Below are positions 19,980-28,938 of a stretch of DNA of 32,000 nucleotides, piece after piece. The notes under the pieces were generated by a model. That model saw only the letters and a list, made by a program, of their open reading frames with translations. It was not told the DNA's origin and searched no databases. Made by a program: the position numbers and the translations under genes. Where the stretch lies: contig NZ_CP097765.1 in assembly GCF_023585785.1 (NCBI RefSeq), positions 150,001 through 182,000 of the forward strand, given 5' to 3'. This DNA is from Blochmannia endosymbiont of Camponotus modoc (GTDB lineage Bacteria > Pseudomonadota > Gammaproteobacteria > Enterobacterales > Enterobacteriaceae). Every line of letters begins with the position of its first letter. Position 1 is the stretch's first letter.

Positions 19980-20404
19980 TGTTTAGTATATAAATTAATT
20001 GGTTTGTTTAATATTAAATATGACATTTAATATAATGAGTTAGATTGATTCATTGTATATATGGCAATACACATATTAAATTGTGATATCTATATACATA
20101 GAATTATATTTAGATTGTATTGTTTCTATTAAAAATATCTGTTATCTCCAAATATTTCAATTTTTGTATAGATACTATAAAAGTATTAGTCAAGAATAAA
20201 TAAAATAACATCATTACAATTATAATAGTTGATTGAATTGCTGCAACTTGATAAATAATTGGGATTGCAGTGTATAAGGTTGTTGTTTTTATTATTTTGG
20301 AAGAAAAACTTTGTGTCAACTAGAATTAAAAAATTAAAATAGATTTTATTTGTTTTGTATTTTCCACGAAAGATAAAAAATTTATTTTAAACAATAATTT
20401 ATTA

Positions 20405-21193
20405 CTATGATAGGTGTATTAGACGTTTTTGAGCTTGTTTTGCTGCGTTGCTGTTAGGATATAATTTGCCTACTTGTTTATATATTGTTTTGGCTTTGTC
20501 TTTTTGTTCTGTTTCTTGCATGATAATACCGATTTTTAATAATGCATCTGATGCTTTTAATGATTTAGGATAATTCTTTACGACTAACGCAAAATGCCGA
20601 GCAGCGTCATGTTTGTTGCCTTTATTGTAATAAAGCTGTCCTAGCCAATAATGCGAATTCGATTGGTAGATTGATTCTGGATGATTTTTTATAAAATTCT
20701 GGAAAGCCTCTATTGCTTGATTATATTGTTTTTTTTCTAATACTAATGATACTGCTTGTTTATACGCAGTATCTACATCTATTATCATTTCATTATTCAT
20801 TTTTTTTGGTTTTTGAATGTTTGAGTGACTGGATAATTTATCAGGAATATTGCTAGAATAATGTATATTGTTACGTTTATTTGGAATACTATTGGTATGT
20901 TGAGGTGATGCTGATTGATTATTTACAATTTCTGATATGTGATGTTGCATATCTTGAATATATCCACGTAAAATATCAATATCTCGTTGATTTTCAGATA
21001 ATTGTTGCTGCATTTGAATTAAGCATTGACTATGTGCGTCATATATCTGATGTAATTGATTAATACGCTGATTGCTATCTATCTTATGATTTACATCTTT
21101 AGCATATGCAATATTATTATTTGTAATATTAAAATATATCATCATTACGATGATTATATCTAATTTACATAGAAATAGTATATATTTAATCAT
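20405..21193 (-). CDS. cpoB: Cell division coordinator CpoB (YbgF), TPR protein of the Tol-Pal cluster
   Basis: The C-terminal half matches E. coli CpoB: FQNFIKNHPES.Y..N..YWLGQL.YNKG.K.DAA..FA.VVKNYPKS.KA.DA..K.G.IMQ and the tail AKQAQKRL. A signal-peptide-like N-terminus is present. The gene sits directly after pal. Confidence 0.9.
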   Translation of the reverse strand: MIKYILFLCKLDIIIVMMIYFNITNNNIAYAKDVNHKIDSNQRINQLHQIYDAHSQCLIQMQQQLSENQRDIDILRGYIQDMQHHISEIVNNQSASPQHTNSIPNKRNNIHYSSNIPDKLSSHSNIQKPKKMNNEMIIDVDTAYKQAVSLVLEKKQYNQAIEAFQNFIKNHPESIYQSNSHYWLGQLYYNKGNKHDAARHFALVVKNYPKSLKASDALLKIGIIMQETEQKDKAKTIYKQVGKLYPNSNAAKQAQKRLIHLS

Positions 21194-21200
21194 ATGGATA

Positions 21201-21728
21201 TTATTTATATATTAATACAACACGTCTATTTTTAGAGTAAGCTTCTTCGTTTTGTCCTAATACAGCTGGTTTTTCCTTACCATAAGATATAGTTAACATT
21301 TGTTCAGATAATGCACCTTTACTTTGGAGGTACGATTTTACAGAGTTAGCTCGACGTTCACCCAATGCAATATTGTATTCCGGAGTACCACGTTCATCAG
21401 CATGACCTTCAATTTTAATATGTTGCAATGGATTATTATATAAAAAATTGGCATGGATGTTTAATGAGTAAAAAAAATTAGAAGGAATGTCATATTGATC
21501 TAAAGGAAAATAAATAACATTGTTGGATTTTAATTCTTGTGTTTTTAATTGTACTTGTTCATCGACTACTCTATTATTTTTTGTACTAGTATGTTTAAAA
21601 TGATTTAATTCAACATTTTTTTGATTAGGAGTAGTATTATCGTACTGAGATAATGAAGAACATGCAGTTATTACCACGCTCACACTTATCGCGAATATTA
21701 ATTGTTCAAAAAAATTGTTTGGTTTCAT
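21201..21728 (-). CDS. pal: Peptidoglycan-associated lipoprotein Pal
   Basis: Has a lipobox (VVITAC|SS) and the OmpA-like C-terminal domain ([24 protein letters not shown]...G, SYGKEKP, NRR.VL.Y). Confidence 0.95.
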   Translation of the reverse strand: MKPNNFFEQLIFAISVSVVITACSSLSQYDNTTPNQKNVELNHFKHTSTKNNRVVDEQVQLKTQELKSNNVIYFPLDQYDIPSNFFYSLNIHANFLYNNPLQHIKIEGHADERGTPEYNIALGERRANSVKSYLQSKGALSEQMLTISYGKEKPAVLGQNEEAYSKNRRVVLIYK

Positions 21729-21787
21729 TTATATATCCATTGTTCATTATTTTTAAAATGTTAATTGTAATGAAAATAGCTATTATC

Positions 21788-23149
21788 TTATTCTAAATGT
21801 AATGGAGACCAAGTTGGAAATCTTACATCTCCTTGATTTCCTTGTATATGAGCTTTAAAATGGCCATCAATAGAGATTAATTCTAAATTGGATGTTGTTG
21901 TTAAATCCTTATTAATACTACTGTATAGTACCATAGTATTATTGGGAGCTATACTAGGAGTATCAGCTAACAGTGTATCTGTTAATATTTCTTCTTGTCC
22001 AGTTAATAAATTTAATTTAGCAATATTTTGTTTTCCTTGATGTCTATTAACCATGATTATAAATGTCCCATCTGAACTAACATTTGGATTTTGATTACTA
22101 GTATGTAGCCAAGATAATCTTTGAATTTCAGTAGTTTTAATATTAATTTTATATATTTGTGGACTGCCTCCTTGGTCTGAAGTATAGGCTATATTTTGAT
22201 TATCCGGAAACCAACTAGGTTCGGTATTATTGTTTCTATTTTTAGTTAATTGTTTAATTTCTCCAGATTCTAAATCCATAATATATAAATTTAAACTACC
22301 TGTTTTGGATAAAGAAAAGGCTAGTTTTTTGCAGTCGGGAGAAAAAGCAGGGGCACCATTATGGCGCGGGAAACTAACAATATTATTAACTAATCCAGTG
22401 TTCAATGCTTGAATAACAAGTTCTGAATGGCCGGAGGCAAAGGTAACATAAGCAATTTTTTTTCCGTCTGGAGACCAAGCTGGAGACATTAACGGTTCTG
22501 TCGATCGGCAAATTGAAATTTGATTATGACCATCGTAATCAGAAATATATAACTCATAAGGATATTGATCATTATGAATGCGCAAAACATAAGCAATACG
22601 TGTACAAAATGCACCTTTTATACCGGTTAACTTTTCAAAAATTTCATTGCTTATAGAATGGGCTACATAACGTAGCCATTTTTTTTCCACTGAATATTGA
22701 TTTTCTGATATTATTAACGGAGGGTTGCTAGAAGTATCTATTAAATGATATGAAATAATATAACTTTCATCGTAGTTTATATGTATTGTTCCTAACACAA
22801 TAATGTTAATACCCAGTTTCTCCCAAAAAGTTGGGATGACATCGGATACTTTAGTAGGTTTATGTGGTAAATATTCTACGGGAATAGTATTGAATTTGCT
22901 GCTATTCCGTAAGTCAGCAGCTATTATTGATGCTATATCTTCAATTGATATTGATTTGTTATACTGATTACTAATACATGTAAAAGGTATTACAGCAATG
23001 GGGTGTGCAGCATTTACTCCGCATGTAATTTCGATATGCATATCTGCAAGTAGCGCAGGTTTCCATAAAAATATAATTAACACTATTGACAAAGATATTT
23101 TTTGCAACCAATGTGGTAGTTTATGAGTTTTTCTAATTATTAAATACAT
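21788..23149 (-). CDS. tolB: Tol-Pal system periplasmic beta-propeller protein TolB
   Basis: The 453-aa ORF starts at ATG 23149. Strong identity to E. coli TolB ([95 protein letters not shown]). Confidence 0.96.
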   Translation of the reverse strand: MYLIIRKTHKLPHWLQKISLSIVLIIFLWKPALLADMHIEITCGVNAAHPIAVIPFTCISNQYNKSISIEDIASIIAADLRNSSKFNTIPVEYLPHKPTKVSDVIPTFWEKLGINIIVLGTIHINYDESYIISYHLIDTSSNPPLIISENQYSVEKKWLRYVAHSISNEIFEKLTGIKGAFCTRIAYVLRIHNDQYPYELYISDYDGHNQISICRSTEPLMSPAWSPDGKKIAYVTFASGHSELVIQALNTGLVNNIVSFPRHNGAPAFSPDCKKLAFSLSKTGSLNLYIMDLESGEIKQLTKNRNNNTEPSWFPDNQNIAYTSDQGGSPQIYKINIKTTEIQRLSWLHTSNQNPNVSSDGTFIIMVNRHQGKQNIAKLNLLTGQEEILTDTLLADTPSIAPNNTMVLYSSINKDLTTTSNLELISIDGHFKAHIQGNQGDVRFPTWSPLHLE

Positions 23150-23226
23150 GCGAATTTTATAATGAAAGTAGATTATTTAATGGACCAATATATTATTATT
23201 ATTTTTTAAATGTGTAAATATTTTGT

Positions 23227-23982
23227 TTATTGAGGAGAAAAATTTAATATTGTGTTTTTAAATATTTCGTAAACATCTGAATTTGGTGGTTTAGGAATTT
23301 TTGCTAATTTAGCGGCGATAATTGCTGCTTGGCATAGATCGTAATCTCCAGATATAGCGGTTACTGATAATAACGTGCCGTCAGGTGCTAATTTGATGCG
23401 TAGATTGCATTGTTTACCAACATAATGCGAAAAATTATAAAATTTTTGTTGTATTGATTCACTGATCATACGCTTATATATATTAATTTCGTTATTTTTA
23501 ATAATTTCATTTGAAATATTATTTTCATTATCATTTTTTTTTGTTGTCAAGTTTAATTTAAATTCTTTGTTATTTTCTATAGATTTTTTTTTATTAATTA
23601 ATGTATTCAGTAAATTACTGAGTTCATTAGAGTCATGAGATTGATAATTTAATGTATCATGTATTAGTATATTTTTTTCTACAGTATTCTGATTTTTCTT
23701 TTTAAGGGTGTTAGGTAACGTTGGTCCTGCCAATGGATGTTGTGTTTCTGTTATTTTGAATCGATTTGATTGATCTTGTGTGTTGTTGTTTTTTTCTGTT
23801 TCCGGGTTAGAGTTATGAATAAAGGTATTAATTGAATTTTTGTTATTAGCTATTTTAGTAGTGTATTGTTGTTGTTTTTTTATTATGTGTTTATATAGCA
23901 ACAAAGCAACGATCACATGTACAATGATTGATATCATAACAGCAGATCTAAATTTTTTGTAATATCTACTAAATAAATTCAA
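23227..23982 (-). CDS. tolA: Tol-Pal system protein TolA, shortened; the central helical domain is replaced by Asn/Lys-rich low-complexity sequence
   Basis: The N-terminal anchor KFRSAVMISIIVHVIVALLL matches E. coli KLKRAIIISAVLHVILFAALI. The C-terminal domain YVGKQCNLRIKLAPDGTLL...LCQAAIIAAKLAKIPKPPNSDVYEIFKN..L.F matches E. coli TolA domain III. The only start upstream of the anchor is the TTG at 23982, so the start codon is uncertain. Confidence 0.85.
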   Translation of the reverse strand: MNLFSRYYKKFRSAVMISIIVHVIVALLLYKHIIKKQQQYTTKIANNKNSINTFIHNSNPETEKNNNTQDQSNRFKITETQHPLAGPTLPNTLKKKNQNTVEKNILIHDTLNYQSHDSNELSNLLNTLINKKKSIENNKEFKLNLTTKKNDNENNISNEIIKNNEINIYKRMISESIQQKFYNFSHYVGKQCNLRIKLAPDGTLLSVTAISGDYDLCQAAIIAAKLAKIPKPPNSDVYEIFKNTILNFSPQ

Positions 23983-24021
23983 TAATTATCATCCAAGTTA
24001 TGCAAGAATATCGTTCTGTAT

Positions 24022-24447
24022 TCAAACAGAAGGATTTGTTATCATTCCAATTGAATGTATACCGATGCGATTTAATAAATTCAATACTTTAATTATTTCG
24101 TCGTATTCTACAGTTTTTGAAGCTGCGATCAGACACATTATATTAGGAGCGATGTGTGTTTGATGACTTATTTCTGATGAAATTTGGTCTAAACGCACTT
24201 TTTCTACATGTTTATTATTAATAATGAGATTATAAAATCCCATTCCTAAAATTTCAATAGTAATTATAAGTTTTTCATTGTTAATAATATTTGGTGTTGC
24301 TGGACTATTTGGAAGATTTACTTCAAAGCTTTGTATCCATTTAGATGGCATCAACATAAAGATCATTAAAAGAACTAATAATATATCTAAAAACGGTATG
24401 ATATTAATATCAGACTTAATCGTGTTTCTGATACGCTTTCTCTTCAT
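24022..24447 (-). CDS. tolR: Tol-Pal system protein TolR
   Basis: MKRKRIRNTIKSDINIIPFLDILLVLLMIFM matches E. coli ...RRDLKSEINIVPLLDVLLVLLLIFM. The C-terminal YDEIIKVLNLL...G..S.G..T.P is conserved. The ATG at 24447 lies 32 nt inside the tolQ 3' end. Confidence 0.93.
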   Translation of the reverse strand: MKRKRIRNTIKSDINIIPFLDILLVLLMIFMLMPSKWIQSFEVNLPNSPATPNIINNEKLIITIEILGMGFYNLIINNKHVEKVRLDQISSEISHQTHIAPNIMCLIAASKTVEYDEIIKVLNLLNRIGIHSIGMITNPSV

Positions 24448-25162
24448 ATTGATTTTCCTTATTTAACGCAGAATCAATATTAAAAAAAATCTGATGATAT
24501 AGAATCGTAATAAATTCTTCTATAAAGTTGTTATAATCTTGATCCATATTGTTTATTTGTGCAGTTAAGTAATTAAATGCTATAACCGCTGGAATCGCTA
24601 CAAATAAGCCAATTGCTGTAGAAATTAATGATTCAGCAATACCTGGTGCAATAATTTGTATATGAATCATCTGATTGGCAACATTGTTAGTCGTTGTTTT
24701 ACCTAGTTCTATAAAAACGTGTATAATCCCTAATACAGTTCCAAATAAGCCAAGATATGGACTAATGGATCCAATTGTACCTATTAGTGGAATATAATCT
24801 TCTAACGATTTTAACTCTATATTTATTGCAGTATGCATATTATCCAGTGTTCTAGACATCATTGTTTCAGGTGAACAATGTTTTGTTTGATATAACTTAG
24901 AAAATTCTTTAAATCCTACATAAAAAATTTGTTCAGCCCCATTTAATTTATTACGACGAGCTGCAGCTTTTTGATATAAACTAGATAAATCTATTCCAGA
25001 CCAAAATTCGTTTTCAAATACTTTTAATTTTCGCTGTGCTGCACTTAGCACGAAGATACGATGAAAGATAATACTCCAAGATAAAACGGAAAATCCAATT
25101 AATACAAATATACTAATTTGTACTAAAATATTAATTTCTAAAAATAAGTCAAAAATATTCAT
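24416..25162 (-). CDS. tolQ: Tol-Pal system protein TolQ
   Basis: MNIFDLFL......LIGFS..SW.II, FWSGI.LS.LYQ, G.EQIFY.GFKEF, GSISPY.GLFGTV.GI.H.F and APGIAE.LI.TAIGLF.AIPAV.A.N match E. coli TolQ. The C-terminus is about 10 aa longer than in E. coli. Confidence 0.95.
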   Translation of the reverse strand: MNIFDLFLEINILVQISIFVLIGFSVLSWSIIFHRIFVLSAAQRKLKVFENEFWSGIDLSSLYQKAAARRNKLNGAEQIFYVGFKEFSKLYQTKHCSPETMMSRTLDNMHTAINIELKSLEDYIPLIGTIGSISPYLGLFGTVLGIIHVFIELGKTTTNNVANQMIHIQIIAPGIAESLISTAIGLFVAIPAVIAFNYLTAQINNMDQDYNNFIEEFITILYHQIFFNIDSALNKENQYEEKAYQKHD

Positions 25163-25511
25163 ACCAATTAATTTAAATTTAAATATTGTATAAGGGGAAT
25201 AACAATATGATTGTCATAGATAATCTTTATTATTACGAAAGTAATTTAATTCCTAAGATAACATAATCGTACACACATAACAGTTAATAAAAGATAATTC
25301 TTATAAAATAATCTGTTAAATAACATGTAGTTTTTAAAAAATATATTATAGTAAAATATGACTCAATTTTATCTAAAAAGTGAAATAAGATAAAATAAAA
25401 AGCGATTATATTATCCATCTGGATATAATAAAAACAACACTAATCATGTCTCACTTACTATTAATATTAATGTTAATGTGCAGGTATATGCGTATATGTT
25501 GTTTATATATA

Positions 25512-26396
25512 TTATGTGTATTGTTGTTTATCAATGGATTTAATAAATTGACCAATGTTAACAAAGTTATCTACGATATGTACTCCTGATTTGGATAAAA
25601 TCTCGTATTTTTCATGAGCGGTACTACCAATTCCAGAAATAATAGCGCCTGCGTGTCCCATACGTTTCCCTTTAGGAGCAGTAGTTCCAGCAATATATGC
25701 AATCACTGGTTTCTTAATATATTTATTAATATATGTTGCTGCTTTTTCTTCAGATCTACCTCCTATTTCACCAATCATTACCATTAATGATGTTTGAGGG
25801 TCTTGTTCAAATAATGATAATATATCAATAAAATCAGAACCAAGTATCGGGTCACCTCCAATGCCGACGCATGTGGACTGACCTAATCCCAGGTCAGTTG
25901 TTTGTTTTACTACTTCATATGTTAAGGTACCTGATCTGGATATAATTCCTACGCAACCTGGGTTATAGATATCACTTGGCATGATTCCAAGTTTACACTG
26001 GCTTGGAGTCATGATTCCTGGACAATTTGGTCCAATCATCATACATGTGTTATGTTTTTTTAATTGTTGTTTTATTAATAACATGTCCAATATTGGAATC
26101 CCCTCGGTAATACAAACAATTAATTTAATACCGGCATGAATTGATTCTAAAATTGCATCCTTACAGAAAGGAGCGGGTACATAAACAATAGAAGTCGTCG
26201 CATTAGTGCTATTTATTGCCTCACCAACAGTGTTAAATATTGGCAATCCAAGATGGGTGCTTCCCCCTTTTCCAGGGGTAACTCCGCCTACTATTTTAGT
26301 ACCATAGTTTAATGCTTGTTGAGAATGAAAACTGGCGTGCTTACCAGTCAGTCCTTGACAAATTATTTTTGTATCTTTGTTAACTAAAATTGACAT
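25512..26396 (-). CDS. sucD: Succinate--CoA ligase [ADP-forming] alpha subunit
   Basis: [53 protein letters not shown] and the phosphohistidine loop [13 protein letters not shown] are all close to E. coli SucD. Confidence 0.96.
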   Translation of the reverse strand: MSILVNKDTKIICQGLTGKHASFHSQQALNYGTKIVGGVTPGKGGSTHLGLPIFNTVGEAINSTNATTSIVYVPAPFCKDAILESIHAGIKLIVCITEGIPILDMLLIKQQLKKHNTCMMIGPNCPGIMTPSQCKLGIMPSDIYNPGCVGIISRSGTLTYEVVKQTTDLGLGQSTCVGIGGDPILGSDFIDILSLFEQDPQTSLMVMIGEIGGRSEEKAATYINKYIKKPVIAYIAGTTAPKGKRMGHAGAIISGIGSTAHEKYEILSKSGVHIVDNFVNIGQFIKSIDKQQYT

Positions 26397-27555
26397 TTTT
26401 TAATTTCACCGCAGTTACAATTTGTTGAATTGCATAAATTAAATTATCGGTAACAATAATATTGAGTTTGCTATTAATTAATCGATTAGAACCTAATGTA
26501 GAATTATTTCCTTCTAACCGAGCCACGATAGGAATATGTTTTGTGGTATATCTGGACAATGCAGTTATGATGCATTCAGCAACTAAATCACAGCATACAA
26601 TTCCTCCAAAAATATTTACAAGTATCGCTTGCACTTTAGCATCTTTTAAAATCATATTAAAAGATGATATTATGCATTCTTTATTAGCGCCCCCCCCGAT
26701 GTCTAAAAAATTAGCAGGAATCCCTCCCAATGATTTAATTACATCCATAGTAGCCATCGCTAATCCAGCGCCATTGACCATACAGCCAATATTTCCCTCT
26801 AAGGGAATGTAATTGATACAATTCAGTATATCGATTGGTTTATTTATCGAGCATATATTTAATAATTCTGATTGTCTAAATATAGCATTATGATCTACAA
26901 TCATTTTGGCATCTAAACAACAAAAACGATCATCATCAGTAATAGCTAATGGATTAATTTCAATTAACGTTAGGTCATTTTCCAGCAGCATGCGTGTTAT
27001 GCTGACAACAATTCTGGAAAATTGATTTATTTTACCTCCAGATAAACCTAATTTACATGCTAATACCCGTCCTTGATAAGGATATATTCCGACTGAAGGA
27101 TTTATGACAATTTTATGGATAAAATTAGATGTTTTTTGTTCTGTAATTTCAATGTTCATACCACCTTGCGTAGAAGCCATACATATTATTTGGGATTCAT
27201 CTCTATCAATTGATATGCTTAAATAAAATTCTTGAACAATTTTCACAGCTGGTTCTATTAAAATAGAAGTCACTAATTCCCCGGTATCGGTAGTTTGATA
27301 TGTTATCAATCTATTACCAAGCCATTTATTAGCAAAAGATAATATATTTTTCGTGGAGTGTACAATACACACTCCTCCTGATTTCCCGCGTCCTCCTGCT
27401 TGCACTTGACATTTTACTACCCATGGGCCATGACCTATGCTATTCGATACAATATAATGCTCTATATCATTTAAAGTAACACACACACAACCTGTCAAAA
27501 CAGGTAAATTGTATTTTGCCATTAATTTTTTTGCTTGATATTCATATAAGTTCAT
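26380..27555 (-). CDS. sucC: Succinate--CoA ligase [ADP-forming] beta subunit
   Basis: [61 protein letters not shown] and [10 protein letters not shown] match E. coli SucC. The 3' end overlaps sucD by 17 nt. Confidence 0.96.
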   Translation of the reverse strand: MNLYEYQAKKLMAKYNLPVLTGCVCVTLNDIEHYIVSNSIGHGPWVVKCQVQAGGRGKSGGVCIVHSTKNILSFANKWLGNRLITYQTTDTGELVTSILIEPAVKIVQEFYLSISIDRDESQIICMASTQGGMNIEITEQKTSNFIHKIVINPSVGIYPYQGRVLACKLGLSGGKINQFSRIVVSITRMLLENDLTLIEINPLAITDDDRFCCLDAKMIVDHNAIFRQSELLNICSINKPIDILNCINYIPLEGNIGCMVNGAGLAMATMDVIKSLGGIPANFLDIGGGANKECIISSFNMILKDAKVQAILVNIFGGIVCCDLVAECIITALSRYTTKHIPIVARLEGNNSTLGSNRLINSKLNIIVTDNLIYAIQQIVTAVKLKNVNFS

Positions 27556-27670
27556 AATATGTGATCGTACGTATTGTGATTGCTTAAGATTAAGATAATA
27601 ATTTAGTTAATATAACGTATTAATTTATTAAAATATAAGAATATAAAAAGTATTTATATAGGTTGTATTA

Positions 27671-28915
27671 TTATATTTCTAAAAACAAGCGTGTTGGATC
27701 TTCTAACAACTCTTTAATGTATACTAGAAATCTTACCGAATCTTTTCCATCTATTAATCTATGATCATATGATAATGCTAAATACATCATAGGTAATATT
27801 GCTATCTGTCCATCTTGAGCTATGGGTCGGTCCTTTATTGCATGCATACCAAGAATTGCGCTTTGTGGAGGATTAATAATAGGAGTAGACATTAATGATC
27901 CAAAAACTCCACCGTTAGTAATGGTAAAATTACCTCCGCTTAATTCTTCAATCGTTAGTTTTCCGTCTCTCCCTTTTTCAGCTAAATATTTTATATTTTT
28001 TTCTATATCGGACATGCTTAATGTATCGACATCTCGTAATACTGGGGTAATTAAACCACGTACTGTAGATACTGCAATACTTATATCAAAATAATGATAA
28101 TATACAATTTCTTCTCCATCAATGGATGCATTAATTTCAGGAAAATGTCTCAAACCTTCTAAAACTGCTTTTACATAAAAAGACATGATTCCTAATGTAA
28201 TTCCATAACGTTTTTCAAATAATTCTCCATATTTTTTTCGCAGTTTTATGATGGGTTGCATGTTTACTTCATTAAAAGTAGTTAACATAGCTGTAGTATT
28301 AGTAACAGCTAATAGGCGTTCTGAGATTTTTTTTCGTAATCGATTCATTATAATACGTGTTTCTTTGCGATCGTTTTTCGTATTTTTTATGTGACGATGC
28401 GCTATATTTTCATTATTTTGTTGATCAGTATCATGTAATTTTTTTTCGGAATGAATATGTGACTCTATATCTTGACGAGTTAGACGTCCTTTTATCCCAC
28501 TTCCTTGAATATTTTTTAGCTGTAAATTATGCTCTGTTATTAATTTGCGAATAGACGGAGTTAAAATGTTATGATTTTCGTTATCTCGAGTGAGAATATG
28601 TTCTTGAGATGCTATTGATGTAATAGATTTTTGATCTTGAAATATTTTTTTTGTATCTTTTTGAGAAACGATATGATCAATATTTAGACGTCCTAAAATT
28701 TGTCCGGATACTACTGTTGATCCCTCTTGTTCTGAAATTGATTCTAAAATTCCTGTGCTTGGCGCAGGAACTTCTAACATAATTTTGTCTGTTTCTATTT
28801 CCAGTAAAATATCATCTTGTTTAACCGTATCTCCTGATTTTTTATGCCAAACAGCAACAGTAGCGTCTGCAACTGACTCGGGTAAATTCGGAACCACAAT
28901 GTCAATACTACTCAT
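27671..28915 (-). CDS. sucB: 2-oxoglutarate dehydrogenase E2, dihydrolipoyllysine-residue succinyltransferase
   Basis: Has an N-terminal lipoyl domain with the ETDK motif ([15 protein letters not shown]), a peripheral subunit-binding segment ([12 protein letters not shown]), and a C-terminal catalytic domain with [15 protein letters not shown] lies upstream of ATG 28915. Confidence 0.96.
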   Translation of the reverse strand: MSSIDIVVPNLPESVADATVAVWHKKSGDTVKQDDILLEIETDKIMLEVPAPSTGILESISEQEGSTVVSGQILGRLNIDHIVSQKDTKKIFQDQKSITSIASQEHILTRDNENHNILTPSIRKLITEHNLQLKNIQGSGIKGRLTRQDIESHIHSEKKLHDTDQQNNENIAHRHIKNTKNDRKETRIIMNRLRKKISERLLAVTNTTAMLTTFNEVNMQPIIKLRKKYGELFEKRYGITLGIMSFYVKAVLEGLRHFPEINASIDGEEIVYYHYFDISIAVSTVRGLITPVLRDVDTLSMSDIEKNIKYLAEKGRDGKLTIEELSGGNFTITNGGVFGSLMSTPIINPPQSAILGMHAIKDRPIAQDGQIAILPMMYLALSYDHRLIDGKDSVRFLVYIKELLEDPTRLFLEI

Positions 28916-28938
28916 TTTCTATCCTTTTTAAAAAAAAA

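Noticed and set aside
20110-20319. A 69-aa hydrophobic ORF on the minus strand just downstream of cpoB; considered as a possible small membrane protein.
   Set aside because: Its start is a TTG with no Shine-Dalgarno. The sequence is what a T-rich strand yields by chance (Ile/Thr/Leu/Phe-rich). I recognise no homology. It would need conservation or expression data to be believed.
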